Source of the DNA: Eledone cirrhosa
Taxonomy: Eukaryota
Direction of reading: 5' to 3'
Assembly: GCA_964016885.1 (NCBI GenBank)
Contig: OZ024761.1
Coordinates: 10,788,001 to 10,852,000 of the forward strand
DNA length: 64,000 bases
Made by a program: the position numbers and the translations under genes. Under the pieces are notes generated by a model. It saw only the letters and a list, made by a program, of their open reading frames with translations, was not told where the DNA came from and did not search any database. Shown one piece after another: positions 41,331 through 55,456 of the stretch; position 1 is the first letter of the stretch; every line of letters starts with the position of its first letter.

Positions 41331-41590
41331 CATGTTTTCATATATATATATATATATGTGTGTGTGTATATATATATATATATATGTGTATGTATATATA
41401 TATATATGTGTGTATGTATATATATATATATATGTGTATGTATATATATATATATATGTGTATGTATATATATATATATATGTGTGTGTATATATATATA
41501 TATATATATGTGTATATATATATATATATATGTGTATATATATATATATATATATGTGTATATATATATATGTGTATGTATATATATGTG

Positions 41591-41652
<62 letters not shown>

Positions 41653-41767
41653 GTCTATGTATATATATATATGTGTATATATATATATATATATATGTGT
41701 ATATATATATATATGTATGTATATATATATATATGTGTATATATATATATATATGTGTATATATATA

Positions 41768-41808
<41 letters not shown>

Positions 41809-42037
41809 ATATATATATATATATATGTGTATATATATATATATATATGTGTATATATATATATATATATGTGTATATATATATATGTATATGTGTATAT
41901 ATATATATGTGTGTATATATATATATGTATGTATATATATATATATGTGTGTATATATATATATGTGTATATATATATATATGTGTATATATATATATAT
42001 GTGTGTATATATATATATGTGTGTATATATATATGTG

Positions 42038-42126
<89 letters not shown>

Positions 42127-42189
42127 GTATGTATATATATATATATGTATGTATATATATATATGTATGTATATATATATATATGTATG

Positions 42190-42254
<65 letters not shown>

Positions 42255-42257
42255 ATA

Positions 42258-42325
<68 letters not shown>

Positions 42326-42424
42326 TGTATGTATATATATATATATACGTGTGTTTAATGGTAGCTATGGTGCTTCCATAGGCGGTGTGCCAGTTGAGCG
42401 CTCTATGTTCTTACAGAGCAGAGT

Positions 42425-42459
<35 letters not shown>

Positions 42460-42492
42460 GTTATTCCGGGTTGAAATAACTGATGATATAAC

Positions 42493-42543
42493 AGATTCCT
42501 GATGATTTCTAATGAATGAAACAGTTCTAGTCCTGTAGAATCT
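42493..42543 (+). ncRNA. Type I hammerhead ribozyme, family E, solo in a unique island of about 100 bp within (TA)n
   Basis: agattc-CTGATGA-tttc taat gaat-GAAA-cag ttctagtc ctg-TA-gaatct. Stem I is a perfect 6 bp and stem III is 4 bp. Confidence 0.85.
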
Positions 42544-42555
42544 CATCTATATTAA

Positions 42556-42610
<55 letters not shown>

Positions 42611-43620
42611 TATATCTATACACATATATAGAACACTAGGAGTACTGGATATTTTTAACCTTCATCTATTTCAAATTTGACATTATGTCTGTCTCCCAAA
42701 TTACACATATTTAAATTTATTACCACATCTTCATAACTCTACACTACCCTAGCTTGTAGATTTTAGGATTTTTGCCCTACGATTAAGCTTTTATTGATGC
42801 AATAGCAGATAGATAGCACACTACTCACATACTACACACATACTACACACACACATACATATTACACACTTCACGCATACACATACTATATTTAATGTTA
42901 TTTTTCTGATTGTTACCGTCTAAATTGACTTACTCATTGCAGTGTCTTATAAGCTGTGAAATATAATATAATATATATACATACATATATATATATGTAA
43001 ATATATATTTGTATATGTGTGTTGAGACAGTAAAAGCTAAAAGCTTAACCATAGGGCAGAAAATCCTTATATATATATATATATAGGAAAGGCATCCAAC
43101 CAGTATATATTAATGCCGAAAATTATGAGCACATCAAATGAATATATATATATATATACATTCATACATACATACATACATATATACATATGTTTATTTA
43201 TTTCTCTTTGTATAGTCTCTTAACTTTTTCTGGTTCCAAAATTTAAATATTGTTCTTCATACATTGACGAAAGTTATGAAGAAATTTGGGGATGAATATA
43301 AAAAAAATAATAAAACCTCACACAAATGATGTGTATCTGTTTTGGAAATATTCAAACCTTGCAGCGTCCATCCCTGTCCATCCCTGTCCAAGACTAAACA
43401 CAGTCGATTTCTTCCAAGAGAGAAAGAGAAAAAGAAGGAGAGATAAAGAGAAAGAATTGACCCCAGTATTTAACTGGTACTTTATTTATCAACCTCGAAA
43501 GGACGAAAGGTTAAGTTGACCTTTAGCAGGTTTTGAAACTTGGAATGCCCAAAGAGCTGGAATGAAGGCCACCAAAGCATTCTACATGATGTTCTAATGA
43601 CTGTCAATTTGTCACTGAGC

Positions 43621-43673
<53 letters not shown>

Positions 43674-43680
43674 CACACAT

Positions 43681-43737
<57 letters not shown>

Positions 43738-43774
43738 CACACATGTATATATATATATACATATATACACACAT

Positions 43775-43842
<68 letters not shown>

Positions 43843-43868
43843 TTATATATATATATATATACACACAT

Positions 43869-44338
<470 letters not shown>

Positions 44339-44351
44339 CATATATATATAT

Positions 44352-44478
<127 letters not shown>

Positions 44479-44485
44479 CATATAC

Positions 44486-44614
<129 letters not shown>

Positions 44615-44661
44615 CATATATATACATATATATATACATATATATACATATATATATATAC

Positions 44662-44694
<33 letters not shown>

Positions 44695-44731
44695 CATATA
44701 TATACATATATATATATATACATATATATAC

Positions 44732-44764
<33 letters not shown>

Positions 44765-45167
44765 CATATATATACATATATATATATATACATATATATA
44801 CATATATATATATATACATATATATACATATATATATATACATATATATACATATATATATATACATATATATACATACATATATATATATATATATATA
44901 CATATATTGTTATATTTGGGGAGGGTCATATTTGCGTAATATTGCCAGAATTAATAACAGAACACACTCACTGTTTGGTTGGTTTTCGCTTCTCGCTGTC
45001 TTTTATATATATATATCTGCGATCTAACTTACTCGGTCCTCAATGTTGCCATTGACTGACCGGCGGTCAAAAATAATACAGATACAATATAGACAAACAC
45101 ATATATATATAGTTTACATAAATCTTTCGTTGCACATCTGCAACATCGTCAGTGGTGTTATATTCAT

Positions 45168-46163
45168 AGACTACCTGTATTAGACACAGAACTCTGGATT
45201 AACACTATAGACGAGAGAGCCCAAATTCTCCACTCACACTATGCTAAACCCATGGCCTCCAAATACCTGATACTCAAAAACTCAGCAATGTCCAGTAGTG
45301 CTAAGTTTAATATTCTGATCGCAGATTTGGTACGAGTGATGAAGAATGTGTCCAGCATGTGCGACCCAACAGAAATGGAAGGACACATCCAACACTTCAT
45401 CAACCGCATGCAGTTCTCTGGCTACAACCAAAGAGACAGAGTCAGAGTATACGAAGGAGCCATGGAAAAGTATAAGACCCTCATAGAACTGGACATGAAA
45501 GGAATTTGCCCACTATACAGGAGCAAATCAGGGAATAGCTTAGATAGGGCTAGACATAAGATAGGGAAGGCCACATCATGGTACGACAACCAGAGATATC
45601 AGAGTGTCATGTTTGTGGACGCCACCCCTGGAGGGAAATTAGCTAACCAGTGTAGAAAGGCCCTGAGAAAGACCCACTTAAAAATAAAGGTGGTAGAAAA
45701 GCCAGGAACCACCATAAAATCCCTGATCAGCAAAACCTACCCTTTTAAGAAAACCCACTGTACCAATAGGAAATGTATCATATGTAAGGTGAACCCCCGG
45801 ATAAACTGTAAAACTAGAAACGTAGTCTATAGCATAAGATGTACAGAGGGTACTTGCAGAAACACGACAACAACATACATAGGTGAGACAGCTCGTAGCA
45901 TAGGTGAAAGGATAGACCAACACTGGGGGGAACTAAAAGGACGAAAAAACGGGTCAGTACTATACGAACATGCTAGACAACATCATGACGGTAACATAGA
46001 CAACATAGAAATTAGAATAATATCTAAACATAGGAATGACCCAGCAGATAGGCAAATCAGAGAGGCCAGTGAAATAGAAATTAGAAGACCAAAGCTAAAC
46101 AGAAAGAATGAGTGGAACAACAACAACACCCAAACAAACAACACTGACCTAAGAGAAGTATAA
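45168..46163 (+). CDS. C-terminal part of a PLE protein (end of RT, thumb, Cys linker, GIY-YIG); Neptune/Naiad-like
   Basis: The frame is open upstream of the Met (RLPVLDTELWI..HYAKPMAS). Motifs CTNRKCIIC..C, VVYSIRC..C..YIGETAR, ERIDQH, EH..H, IREA and LNRKNEW. Confidence 0.85.
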   Translation, partial: RLPVLDTELWINTIDERAQILHSHYAKPMASKYLILKNSAMSSSAKFNILIADLVRVMKNVSSMCDPTEMEGHIQHFINRMQFSGYNQRDRVRVYEGAMEKYKTLIELDMKGICPLYRSKSGNSLDRARHKIGKATSWYDNQRYQSVMFVDATPGGKLANQCRKALRKTHLKIKVVEKPGTTIKSLISKTYPFKKTHCTNRKCIICKVNPRINCKTRNVVYSIRCTEGTCRNTTTTYIGETARSIGERIDQHWGELKGRKNGSVLYEHARQHHDGNIDNIEIRIISKHRNDPADRQIREASEIEIRRPKLNRKNEWNNNNTQTNNTDLREV

Positions 46164-46430
46164 ATAAATAAGTAAATTAAATTAAATAAAATAAGATAAA
46201 TAAATACATACACAAGCACATAAACACACACTAGTCACCCAGCAGACACAACACTATACACACTAGTCACACATCACACATAACACTATACACACACGCA
46301 AACGCATGCGCAAAGAAGACAAAATAAAATAAGATAAACAAACAAGCAAATAAATAAATAAATAAATATATAGACAGACTGAACAAAAAAAAAATGGCGT
46401 AGACATACAACACAACAGGAGGAACAATGA

Positions 46431-46487
46431 ATATAACACCACTGACGATGTTGCAGATGTGCAACGAAAGATTTATGTAAACTATAT
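46431..46487 (+). ncRNA. Hammerhead-like motif, family F, with a weak stem I (inverted copy at about 45107-45163; diverged copy at about 63292-63346)
   Basis: CTGACGA-t gttgca gatg tgcaac-GAAA-gatt-TA. Core and stem II are conserved in the diverged copy (CTGATGA). Confidence 0.55.
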
Positions 46488-46753
46488 ATATATGTGTTTG
46501 TCTATATTGTATCTGTATTATTTTTGACCGCCGGTCAGTCAATGGCAACATTGAGGACCGAGTAAGTTAGATCGCAGATATATATATATAAAAGACAGCG
46601 AGAAGCGAAAACCAACCAAACAGTGAGTGTGTTCTGTTATTAATTCTGGCAATATTACGCAAATATGACCCTCCCCAAATATAACAATATCTGTTTCGAC
46701 ACACGATTTCATATAAAAAACCTCGCAAAACTAATTCATCGCCGCTATATACA

Positions 46754-47093
<340 letters not shown>

Positions 47094-47100
47094 TATATAC

Positions 47101-47163
<63 letters not shown>

Positions 47164-47261
47164 CATACATATATATATACATATATATATATACATACAT
47201 ATATATATACATATATATGTATATATACATATATATATACATATATATGTATATATACATA

Positions 47262-47294
<33 letters not shown>

Positions 47295-47461
47295 GAAAAG
47301 CCCCTGGCTTGATCACTACTACAGGGCTTAGAAAAACTGAAGGACTGCTGTAATAACTGTATGAATCTGAGAGGGTAATATGTTGAATAAAATCATAATT
47401 AACTCATTTTTTTTTACCCAATATTTTCTTTTACCCAATATACATACATATATATATATCT

Positions 47462-47832
47462 ATCTAAGGCGGGTAAAATTCCCGAGATCCATGGACGATT
47501 TCTCTCCAGCGGTCTCTGTCCCTCATTATCGCTGCCATGTCCTGCGTCTCCAACAGACCAGTGTCTGTCCTTAGGGCATCAACATACGTTAACCTTGGTC
47601 TTCCTCTTCTAGTGTGTCCATGAAGGGGCTCCCAAAGGAGCACTGAGTGCAAGAAACTCACTCAGATGGTGGATGGGTGCTACACGAGAATGCTGAGGAT
47701 GGCTCTGAACATTAATCAGTATACACTGAGGATGAAAAACTCAGAGCTGTATGGGAGCCTCCCAAGAGTCAGCTCAAAAGTGACAGAGAGGAGATTGAGG
47801 TTAGCTGGACATGCTCACCGACATCCAGAGTT

Positions 47833-47835
<3 letters not shown>
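47462..47835. mobile_element. RTE-group LINE 3' fragment with a 5' inversion (junction at about 47650)
   Basis: The + piece ends ..RRLRLAGHAHRHPELT. The - piece starts HSVLLWEP..GRPRLTYVD..DRDRW. Confidence 0.8.
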
Positions 47836-47889
<54 letters not shown>

Positions 47890-47940
47890 CAAAGGAAGTG
47901 TGGTAAGGAACCAGATGGACCATAACGCACCAGAGTACAA

Positions 47941-48072
47941 ATAGGAAAAAGTATGACCCCGACGGCAGAGCTCAAGCCGTTTCGACGGCTATTTCTGGAC
48001 TGCAGAAATAGAGTCCAGAAATAGCCGTCGAAACAGCTTGAGCTCTGCCGTCAGGGTCATACTTTTTCCTAT
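47941..48072. repeat. Near-perfect hairpin with 61-bp arms and a 10-nt loop
   Basis: ataggaaaaagtatgacc..ctggact / agtccag..ggtcatactttttcctat with 2 mismatches. Confidence 0.9.
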
Positions 48073-48278
48073 ATATATATTATATAGATATATAATATCA
48101 TCATCATCATTTTACATCCGCTTTTCTCTGCTTGCAAGGGTAGATATATAATATATATATATATATATAGTATATAGATATATAATATATAGATATATTA
48201 TATATCTATATAATATATATATATATATAATATATATATATAATATATATATATATTATATATATATATTATATATAT

Positions 48279-48312
<34 letters not shown>

Positions 48313-48316
48313 ATTA

Positions 48317-48360
<44 letters not shown>

Positions 48361-49067
48361 TATATATATTATATAGATATATATTATATATAGATATATA
48401 TTATATATATATAATATATATATATATATAATATATATATATATTCATATAAAATTGTATAGACAACTATACATGAGTGTTTTGTGTGTGCAAAGATATA
48501 TTTTTCATATAAAATAACAAATATACATATATATGCAGAAATATACAATATTACATTTATAACATTAAATATAGTATGCGTCTGTGTCTGTGCATGCGTG
48601 TATGTGTGCATGTGTGTATATATGTGTGTGCGTGTGTGTGTGAGTGTATGTGTATATGTGTGTGCATGTGTGTGTATACATGTGTGTGTGCGTGTGTGTG
48701 TGAGTGTATGTGTATATGTGTGTGCATGTGTGTGTATACATGTGTGTGTGTGTGTAGTCTATCTGTGTGTGTGTGTGTGTAATGTGTACACACATTAAAC
48801 ACACCTATATATGTATTCTCAATTAATCAATTGTTTAAAGTCTTAATTCTTTTAATTTAATTCCACCAATCAACCAAGCTAGATTGGTACTTTATCTAAC
48901 GACCCAGGAAGGATTTAAGGTAAAGCTGATGACCTCGGAGGGATTTCACCTAAAAATTGATTGGAGCGGGTTTGTCGAAGGGATCATGAGCACTGTCCCT
49001 AGCAAGTAGAAAATGATTTTTTAAAAAAGTAACGTATAAAATCTAGTTTCAGAAACATTGTATAACA

Positions 49068-50490
49068 TTGATCTAGAGAGCTTTTATGATGTAGAGAGTT
49101 CTTATGATCTAGAGAGCTTTTATGATCTGGAGAGTTCTTATGATCTAGAGAGCTTTTATGATCTGGAGAGTTCTTATGATCTAGAGAGTTTTTATGATGT
49201 AGAGAGTTCTTATGATCTAGAGAGCTTTTATGATGTAGAGAGTTCTTATGATCTAGAGAGCTTTTATGATCTGGAGAGTTCTTATGATCTAGAGAGTTTT
49301 TATGATGTAGAGAGTTCTTATGATCTAGAGAGCTTTTATGATGTAGAGAGTTCTTATGATCTAGAGAGCTTTTATGATGTAGAGAGTTCTTATGATCTAG
49401 AGAGCTTTTATGATGTAGAGAGTTCTTATGATCTAGAGAGCTTTTATGATGTAGAGAGTTCTTATGATCTAGAGAGCTTTTATGATCTGGAGAGTTCTTA
49501 TGATCTAGAGAGTTTTTATGATGTAGAGAGTTCTTATGATCTAGAGAGCTTTTATGATGTAGAGAGTTCTTATGATCTAGAGAGCTTTTATGATCTGGAG
49601 AGTTCTTATGATCTAGAGAGTTTTTATGATGTAGAGAGTTCTTATGATCTAGAGAGCTTTTATGATGTAGAGAGTTCTTATGATCTAGAGAGCTTTTATG
49701 ATCTGGAGAGTTCTTATGATCTAGAGAGTTTTTATGATGTAGAGAGTTCTTATGATCTAGAGAGCTTTTATGATGTAGAGAGTTCTTATGATCTAGAGAG
49801 CTTTTATGATGTAGAGAGTTCTTATGATCTAGAGAGCTTTTATGATGTAGAGAGTTCTTATGATCTAGAGAGCTTTTATGATGTAGAGAGTTCTTATGAT
49901 CTAGAGAGCTTTTATGATCTGGAGAGTTCTTATGATCTAGAGAGTTTTTATGATGTAGAGAGTTCTTATGATCTAGAGAGCTTTTATGATGTAGAGAGTT
50001 CTTATGATCTAGAGAGCTTTTATGATCTGGAGAGTTCTTATGATCTAGAGAGTTTTTATGATGTAGAGAGTTCTTATGATCTAGAGAGCTTTTATGATGT
50101 AGAGAGTTCTTATGATCTAGAGAGCTTTTATGATGTAGAGAGTTCTTATGATCTAGAGAGCTTTTATGATGTAGAGAGTTCTTATGATCTAGAGAGCTTT
50201 TATGATGTAGAGAGTTCTTATGATCTAGAGAGCTTTTATGATCTGGAGAGTTCTTATGATCTAGAGAGTTTTTATGATGTAGAGAGTTCTTATGATCTAG
50301 AGAGCTTTTATGATGTAGAGAGTTCTTATGATCTAGAGAGCTTTTATGATGTAGAGAGTTCTTATGATCTAGAGAGCTTTTATGATGTAGAGAGTTCTTA
50401 TGATCTAGAGAGCTTTTATGATGTAGAGAGTTCTTATGATCTAGAGAGCTTTTATGATCTGGAGAGTTCTTATGATCTAGAGAGTTCTTG
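49068..50490. repeat. 36-bp (2x18) minisatellite, about 39 copies
   Basis: Unit gatctagagagcttttatgatgtagagagttcttat. Confidence 0.95.
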
Positions 50491-51128
50491 TAATCTGGTG
50501 ATCCTTGAAACAAGAATCTTCAAGGCTCAATCTTTAAAATTAATTCTTAAAGTCCCGTACACATTAAACCACATTAGCAAGACATTCTTGAAAAGTACAA
50601 AAATAACATTATGGCTGCACCACATTAAATATTAAAGTCTTTACTCTAATACTGTAAATGTTCACAAAGATCTGTCCACTAGTAAAGTATAGATATAAAA
50701 TATTTGAATTAACAAACCCCATTTTTAGATATTCTCTGCTAAATCATTACAGGATGTTAAGAGTTAAATATATTCAGAAACCAATCAGACTGGGACTTAA
50801 CTAGAAAGATCAAAAAGACACCAATCCATCACACTTCTTCCCTCGGCATAATACATTTCTCTCAACTGAATGGACTGGAGTAACATGAAATAAAACCTCC
50901 AGCTCAAGGACACAATTAGGCCGGTTGGTCTGGGAATCGAACTCATGACGTTACAATTGTGAGCCGAACACCCTAACCACTAAGCCACTTCAATGAACAA
51001 TTTAATGTGGGATGAAAAATAAATATTCCCCCATCAAGATTTTAATGAAACACCATTAATGATCTATCTTGCTCTCTGGAAATATATATATATATATATA
51101 TATATATACACTGTATATAATGGTAATG

Positions 51129-51160
<32 letters not shown>

Positions 51161-51186
51161 CACTGTATATAATGGTAATGTGTGTG

Positions 51187-51242
<56 letters not shown>

Positions 51243-51301
51243 TATACACATACACATATATATATATTATATTTCAACTAGAGTATAATGTGATAAGTAC
51301 T

Positions 51302-51333
51302 ATTGTTGCTGTTGTTGTTGTTGTTGTTGATGT

Positions 51334-51371
<38 letters not shown>

Positions 51372-51414
51372 TTATTGTTGCTGTTGTTGTTGTTGCTGCT
51401 GCTGCTGTTGTTGT

Positions 51415-51445
<31 letters not shown>

Positions 51446-51473
51446 ATTGTTGCTGTTGTTGTTGCTGCTGTTG
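51302..51473. repeat. (GTT/GCT)n trinucleotide repeat immediately 3' of the ABCC stop codon
   Basis: Visible directly. Confidence 0.9.
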
Positions 51474-51474
51474 G

Positions 51475-51648
51475 TTAAGAAACCGTGATCAGTACTTTGT
51501 GTGGCCGCTTCTGTTGGCTCTCCCTTACCAAAGCTGTTAACATACTGTTTTCGTCGGCAAGTAATTGTGAAGCTTTATCAAATTCAACAATTCTGCCTTG
51601 GTCAAGGACCATGACACGATCGTAGTCGTTCAGGTGTGTCAGGTGGTG
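51475..51648 (-). CDS. ABCC (MRP/SUR-like) transporter, last coding exon
   Basis: AG acceptor, then HHLTHLNDYDRVMVLDQGRIVEFDKASQLL and a TAA stop. Confidence 0.85.
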   Translation of the reverse strand, partial: HHLTHLNDYDRVMVLDQGRIVEFDKASQLLADENSMLTALVRESQQKRPHKVLITVS

Positions 51649-51835
51649 CTGTAACGAGAAACATAGAAGATATTGATTAGAGAGAGAGAGAGAGAGAGAG
51701 AGAGGAATGACACCTGGGTGGGTATTTAGTGACAGGGTCAAGATTGTGACAGGACTCTCACATGGGTAGTGACATTCAGTAGGCACCTCTTAACCCAATA
51801 TACACCCCACCCCACACCGTCCACTGTAAAGAGGT

Positions 51836-52046
51836 CGTGTAGGAGACACGGTAAAAAGGCTCCCAGTCCACACTGTAAAGGTGGTTGGTGTTAGGAAGGG
51901 CATCCAGCCGTAGAAAACCTGCCAGAAACAGTTCTGTACGAACGAGACACGGTCACCTGACCAATCTTGCCTCAAGTGGGACAAACCCATCCAACCCATG
52001 CTAGCAAGGAAGATGGACATTAAACAATTAAACAATGATGATGATG

Positions 52047-52047
<1 letters not shown>
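51836..52047 (+). mobile_element. SINE 3' part with a (GAT)n tail, intronic
   Basis: ttggtgttaggaagggcatccagc..cccatgctagca is shared with the other SINE copies. Confidence 0.65.
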
Positions 52048-52092
<45 letters not shown>

Positions 52093-52295
52093 AAAGTATA
52101 TATTGAGTTAGAAACTCAAAACTGTCTCTTACAATTAAATAGCTCAAGGAAAAAAATTTTTCCAGGCCATGTAATATAATTGAATATAAAATAGAGATAA
52201 ACACAGATATATACATATATGTGTTCAAATTGTAAGGGACCAGATTCACTAGGGTGAAAAAAATACTAACTATGAACAATGCGGATTGCCAGACT

Positions 52296-52342
<47 letters not shown>

Positions 52343-52580
52343 GAACAGAGAAAATATAGGGTTTGAGAGAACTGTTCCATCTAGCTGAGTATGTGACAGC
52401 CTGTCTAGTGCACCGACTACATCCAATAAAATGGCTGGCATTACTAAGGACTTCCAGCATTAGAAACCATTCCAAATATGGAACAAATGAGCAAGATAAG
52501 GTTGTTCCCACTCTGTAAAATGGTCTCAGATCATGACAACCTGTCTAACCGAAGACAGTCAGGAACGATGTTTGACTTAC

Positions 52581-52727
52581 CAAAGTTACAAGCACGGTGG
52601 ACTCCCTGAACACAGTTCGGATGAGGTCCTGAATGTTTTCCTCCATCAAGGCATCATCATTGCTGTGTTCCTGCTCCACAATTACAATCTTACTGTCTCT
52701 CATGTAAGCCCGAGCAAAACAAAATAA
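52581..52727 (-). CDS. ABCC exon (Walker B region, degenerate)
   Basis: 147 nt, AG/GT. LFCFARAYMRDSKIVIVEQEHSNDDALMEENIQDLIRTVFRESTVLVTL. Confidence 0.88.
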
Positions 52728-52759
52728 CTGCAAAAGAGGAAAATTATAAGACATATTTA

Positions 52760-53463
52760 ATTAAACCCTTTCATTACCATATTTCTAATGAAAGACACTG
52801 TCTATGTCATTAACCCTTTCATTACCATATTTCTAATGAAAGACACTGTCTATGTCATTAACCCTTTCATTACCATATTTCTAATGAAAGACACTGTCTA
52901 TGTCATTAACCCTTTCATTACCATATTTCTAATGAAAGCCACTGTCTATGTCATTAACCCTTTCATTACCATATTTCTAATGAAAGACACTGTCTATGTC
53001 ATTAACCCTTTCATTACCATATTTCTAATGAAAGACACTGTCTATGTCATTAACCCTTTCATTACCATATTTCTAATGAAAGACACTGTCTATGTCATTA
53101 ACCCTTTCATTACCATATTTCTAATGAAAGACACTGTCTATGTCATTAACCCTTTCATTACATATTTCTAATGAAAGACACTATCTATGTCATTAACCCT
53201 TTCATTACCATATTTCTAATGAAAGACACTACCTATGTCATTAACCCTTTCATTACCATATTTCTAATGAAAGACACTGTCTACATCATTAACCCTTCAT
53301 TACCATATTTCTAATGAAAGACACTGTTGATGTCATTAACCCTTTCATTACCATATTTCTAATGAAAGACACTGTCTATGTCATTAACCCTTTCATTACC
53401 ATATTTCTAATGAAAGACACTGTCTATGTCATTAACCCTTTCATTAACATATTTCTAATGAAG
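52760..53463. repeat. 48-bp intronic minisatellite, about 14.5 copies
   Basis: Unit ttaaccctttcattaccatatttctaatgaaagacactgtctatgtca. Confidence 0.95.
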
Positions 53464-53494
53464 AAGGAAGAGGAGGCACCTGTGTCAGTCTTAC

Positions 53495-53544
53495 CTGTCT
53501 TTGGCCAATTGTAAACTCTCTTCCTTCATGAAGAACAACAGTTT
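53495..53544 (-). CDS. ABCC exon (signature motif)
   Basis: 50 nt, AG/GT, phase-consistent. ETVVLHEGREFTIGQRQ. Confidence 0.85.
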
Positions 53545-53769
53545 CTGTGAATAGAAATTGAGAAACTTCAAATAATGGTAAACATTTATAACTACAGTTT
53601 TATTTTGGAGGTGCAAGTTTATCTTGTTCCTTTGATTTTTGGTGGGTTTTAAACAAATCTGACCTTTCATCCTTACAGGGGTCGATTAAATAAAGTACCA
53701 GTAACGTAGTACTGAGATAATTGCTGGCCTTGTGCCAAAAGTAGAAACAATTATTTTATATCAACGTAC

Positions 53770-53873
53770 CCAGCTTGTGAGGAAGTTCTTGGACTGTACT
53801 GGTCATTTGAACTGCATTCAATGCTTCCCAGATTTCTGGGTCCTTATAAATCCCTTCTGGGTCAAGATTGAAC
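53770..53873 (-). CDS. ABCC exon
   Basis: 104 nt, AG/GT. FNLDPEGIYKDPEIWEALNAVQMTSTVQELPHKL. Confidence 0.9.
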
Positions 53874-53925
53874 CTGAAAGTATAACCAAAACATTTCTGA
53901 TATTAACAGACTGTGAGAGTACTGT

Positions 53926-55313
53926 CTGGTTTACAATAGGTACATTGTATCCCTGTGTATATCTGGTTTACAATAGGTACACTATCCCAGTGTGTACCTG
54001 GTTTACAATAGGTACACTATATCCCTGTGTATATCTGGTTTACAATAGGTACACTGTATCCCTGTGTATACCAGGTTTACAATAGGTACACTGTATCCCT
54101 GTGTATATCTGGTTTACAATAGGTACACTATATCCCTGTGTATATCTGGTTTACAATAGGTACAATATATCCCTGTGTATATCTGGTTTACAATAGGTAC
54201 ACTATATCCCTGTGTATATCTGGTTTACAATAGGTACACTGTATCCCTGTGTGTATCTGGTTTACAATAGGTACACTATATCCCTGTGTGTATCTGGTTT
54301 ACAATAGGTACACTGTATCCCTGTGTATATCTGGTTTACAATAGGTACACTATATCCCTGTGTATATCTGGTTTACAATAGGTACACTATCCCAGTGTGT
54401 ACCTGGTTTACAATAGGTACACTATATCCCTGTGTATATCTGGTTTACAATAGGTACACTGTATCCCTGTGTATACCAGGTTTACAATAGGTACACTATA
54501 TCCCTGTGTATATCTGGTTTACAATAGGTACACTATATCCCTGTGTGTATCTGGTTTACAATAGGTACACTATATCCCTGTGTGTATCTGGTTTACAATA
54601 GGTACACTGTATCCCTGTGTATATCTGGTTTACAATAGGTACACTATATCCCTGTGTATATCTGGTTTACAATAGGTACACTATATCCCTGTGTGTATCT
54701 GGTTTACAATAGGTACACTGTATCCCTGTGTATATCTGGTTTACAATAGGTACACTATATCCCTGTGTATATCTGGTTTACAATAGGTACACTGTATCCC
54801 TGTGTATATCCAGTTTACAATAGGTACACTATCCCAGTGTGTACCTGGTTTACAATAGGTACACTATATCCCTGTGTGTATCTGGTTTACAATAGGTACA
54901 CTGTATCCCTGTGTATATCTGGTTTACAATAGGTACACTATATCCCTGTGTATATCTGGTTTACAATAGGTACACTATCCCAGTGTGTACCTGGTTTACA
55001 ATAGGTACACTATATCCCTGTGTATATCTGGTTTACAATAGGTACACTATATCCCTGTGTATATCTGGTTTACAATAGGTACACTATCCCAGTGTGTACC
55101 TGGTTTACAATAGGTACACTATATCCCTGTGTATATCTGGTTTACAATAGGTACACTGTATCCCTGTGTATACCAGGTTTACAATAGGTACACTGTATCC
55201 CTGTGTATATCCAGTTTACAATAGGTACACTGTATCCCTGTGTATACCAGGTTTACAATAGGTACACTGTATCCCTGTGTATATCCAGTTTACAATAGGT
55301 ACACTTTATTCCT
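53926..55313. repeat. 37-bp intronic minisatellite (with a 35-bp variant)
   Basis: Unit ctggtttacaataggtacactatatccctgtgtatat. Confidence 0.95.
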
Positions 55314-55456
55314 GAAACCAAGCCTAAATCAGTTCTGTGAGAGCAAAACATGTCCCTCCAATGAGGCTTGTCTCACAACGGGACAGCGCGTCGATACTAG
55401 TATGGAAAATGGATGTTGAACAATCATGATGCACACAGACACAAACACACACACAT

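Larger units (their letters stand above)
44904..46745 (+). mobile_element. 5'-truncated PLE, family F: 264-bp inverted repeat (44904-45167 / 46427-46690) around an RT-thumb + GIY-YIG fragment, in (TA)n
   Basis: The arms are reverse complements. The reading frame starts right at the inversion junction. Confidence 0.88.

Noticed and set aside
48999-50635. His-rich (DHKNSLHHKSSL)n and acidic (DLESFY)n repeat proteins
   Set aside because: Open on both strands, with homogeneous DNA units and no synonymous variation. A minisatellite is the simpler explanation, though an exon cannot be excluded without RNA data.
51182-51488. PolyQ/polyA/polyL coding tract
   Set aside because: It lies after the ABCC stop codon and is a simple trinucleotide repeat.
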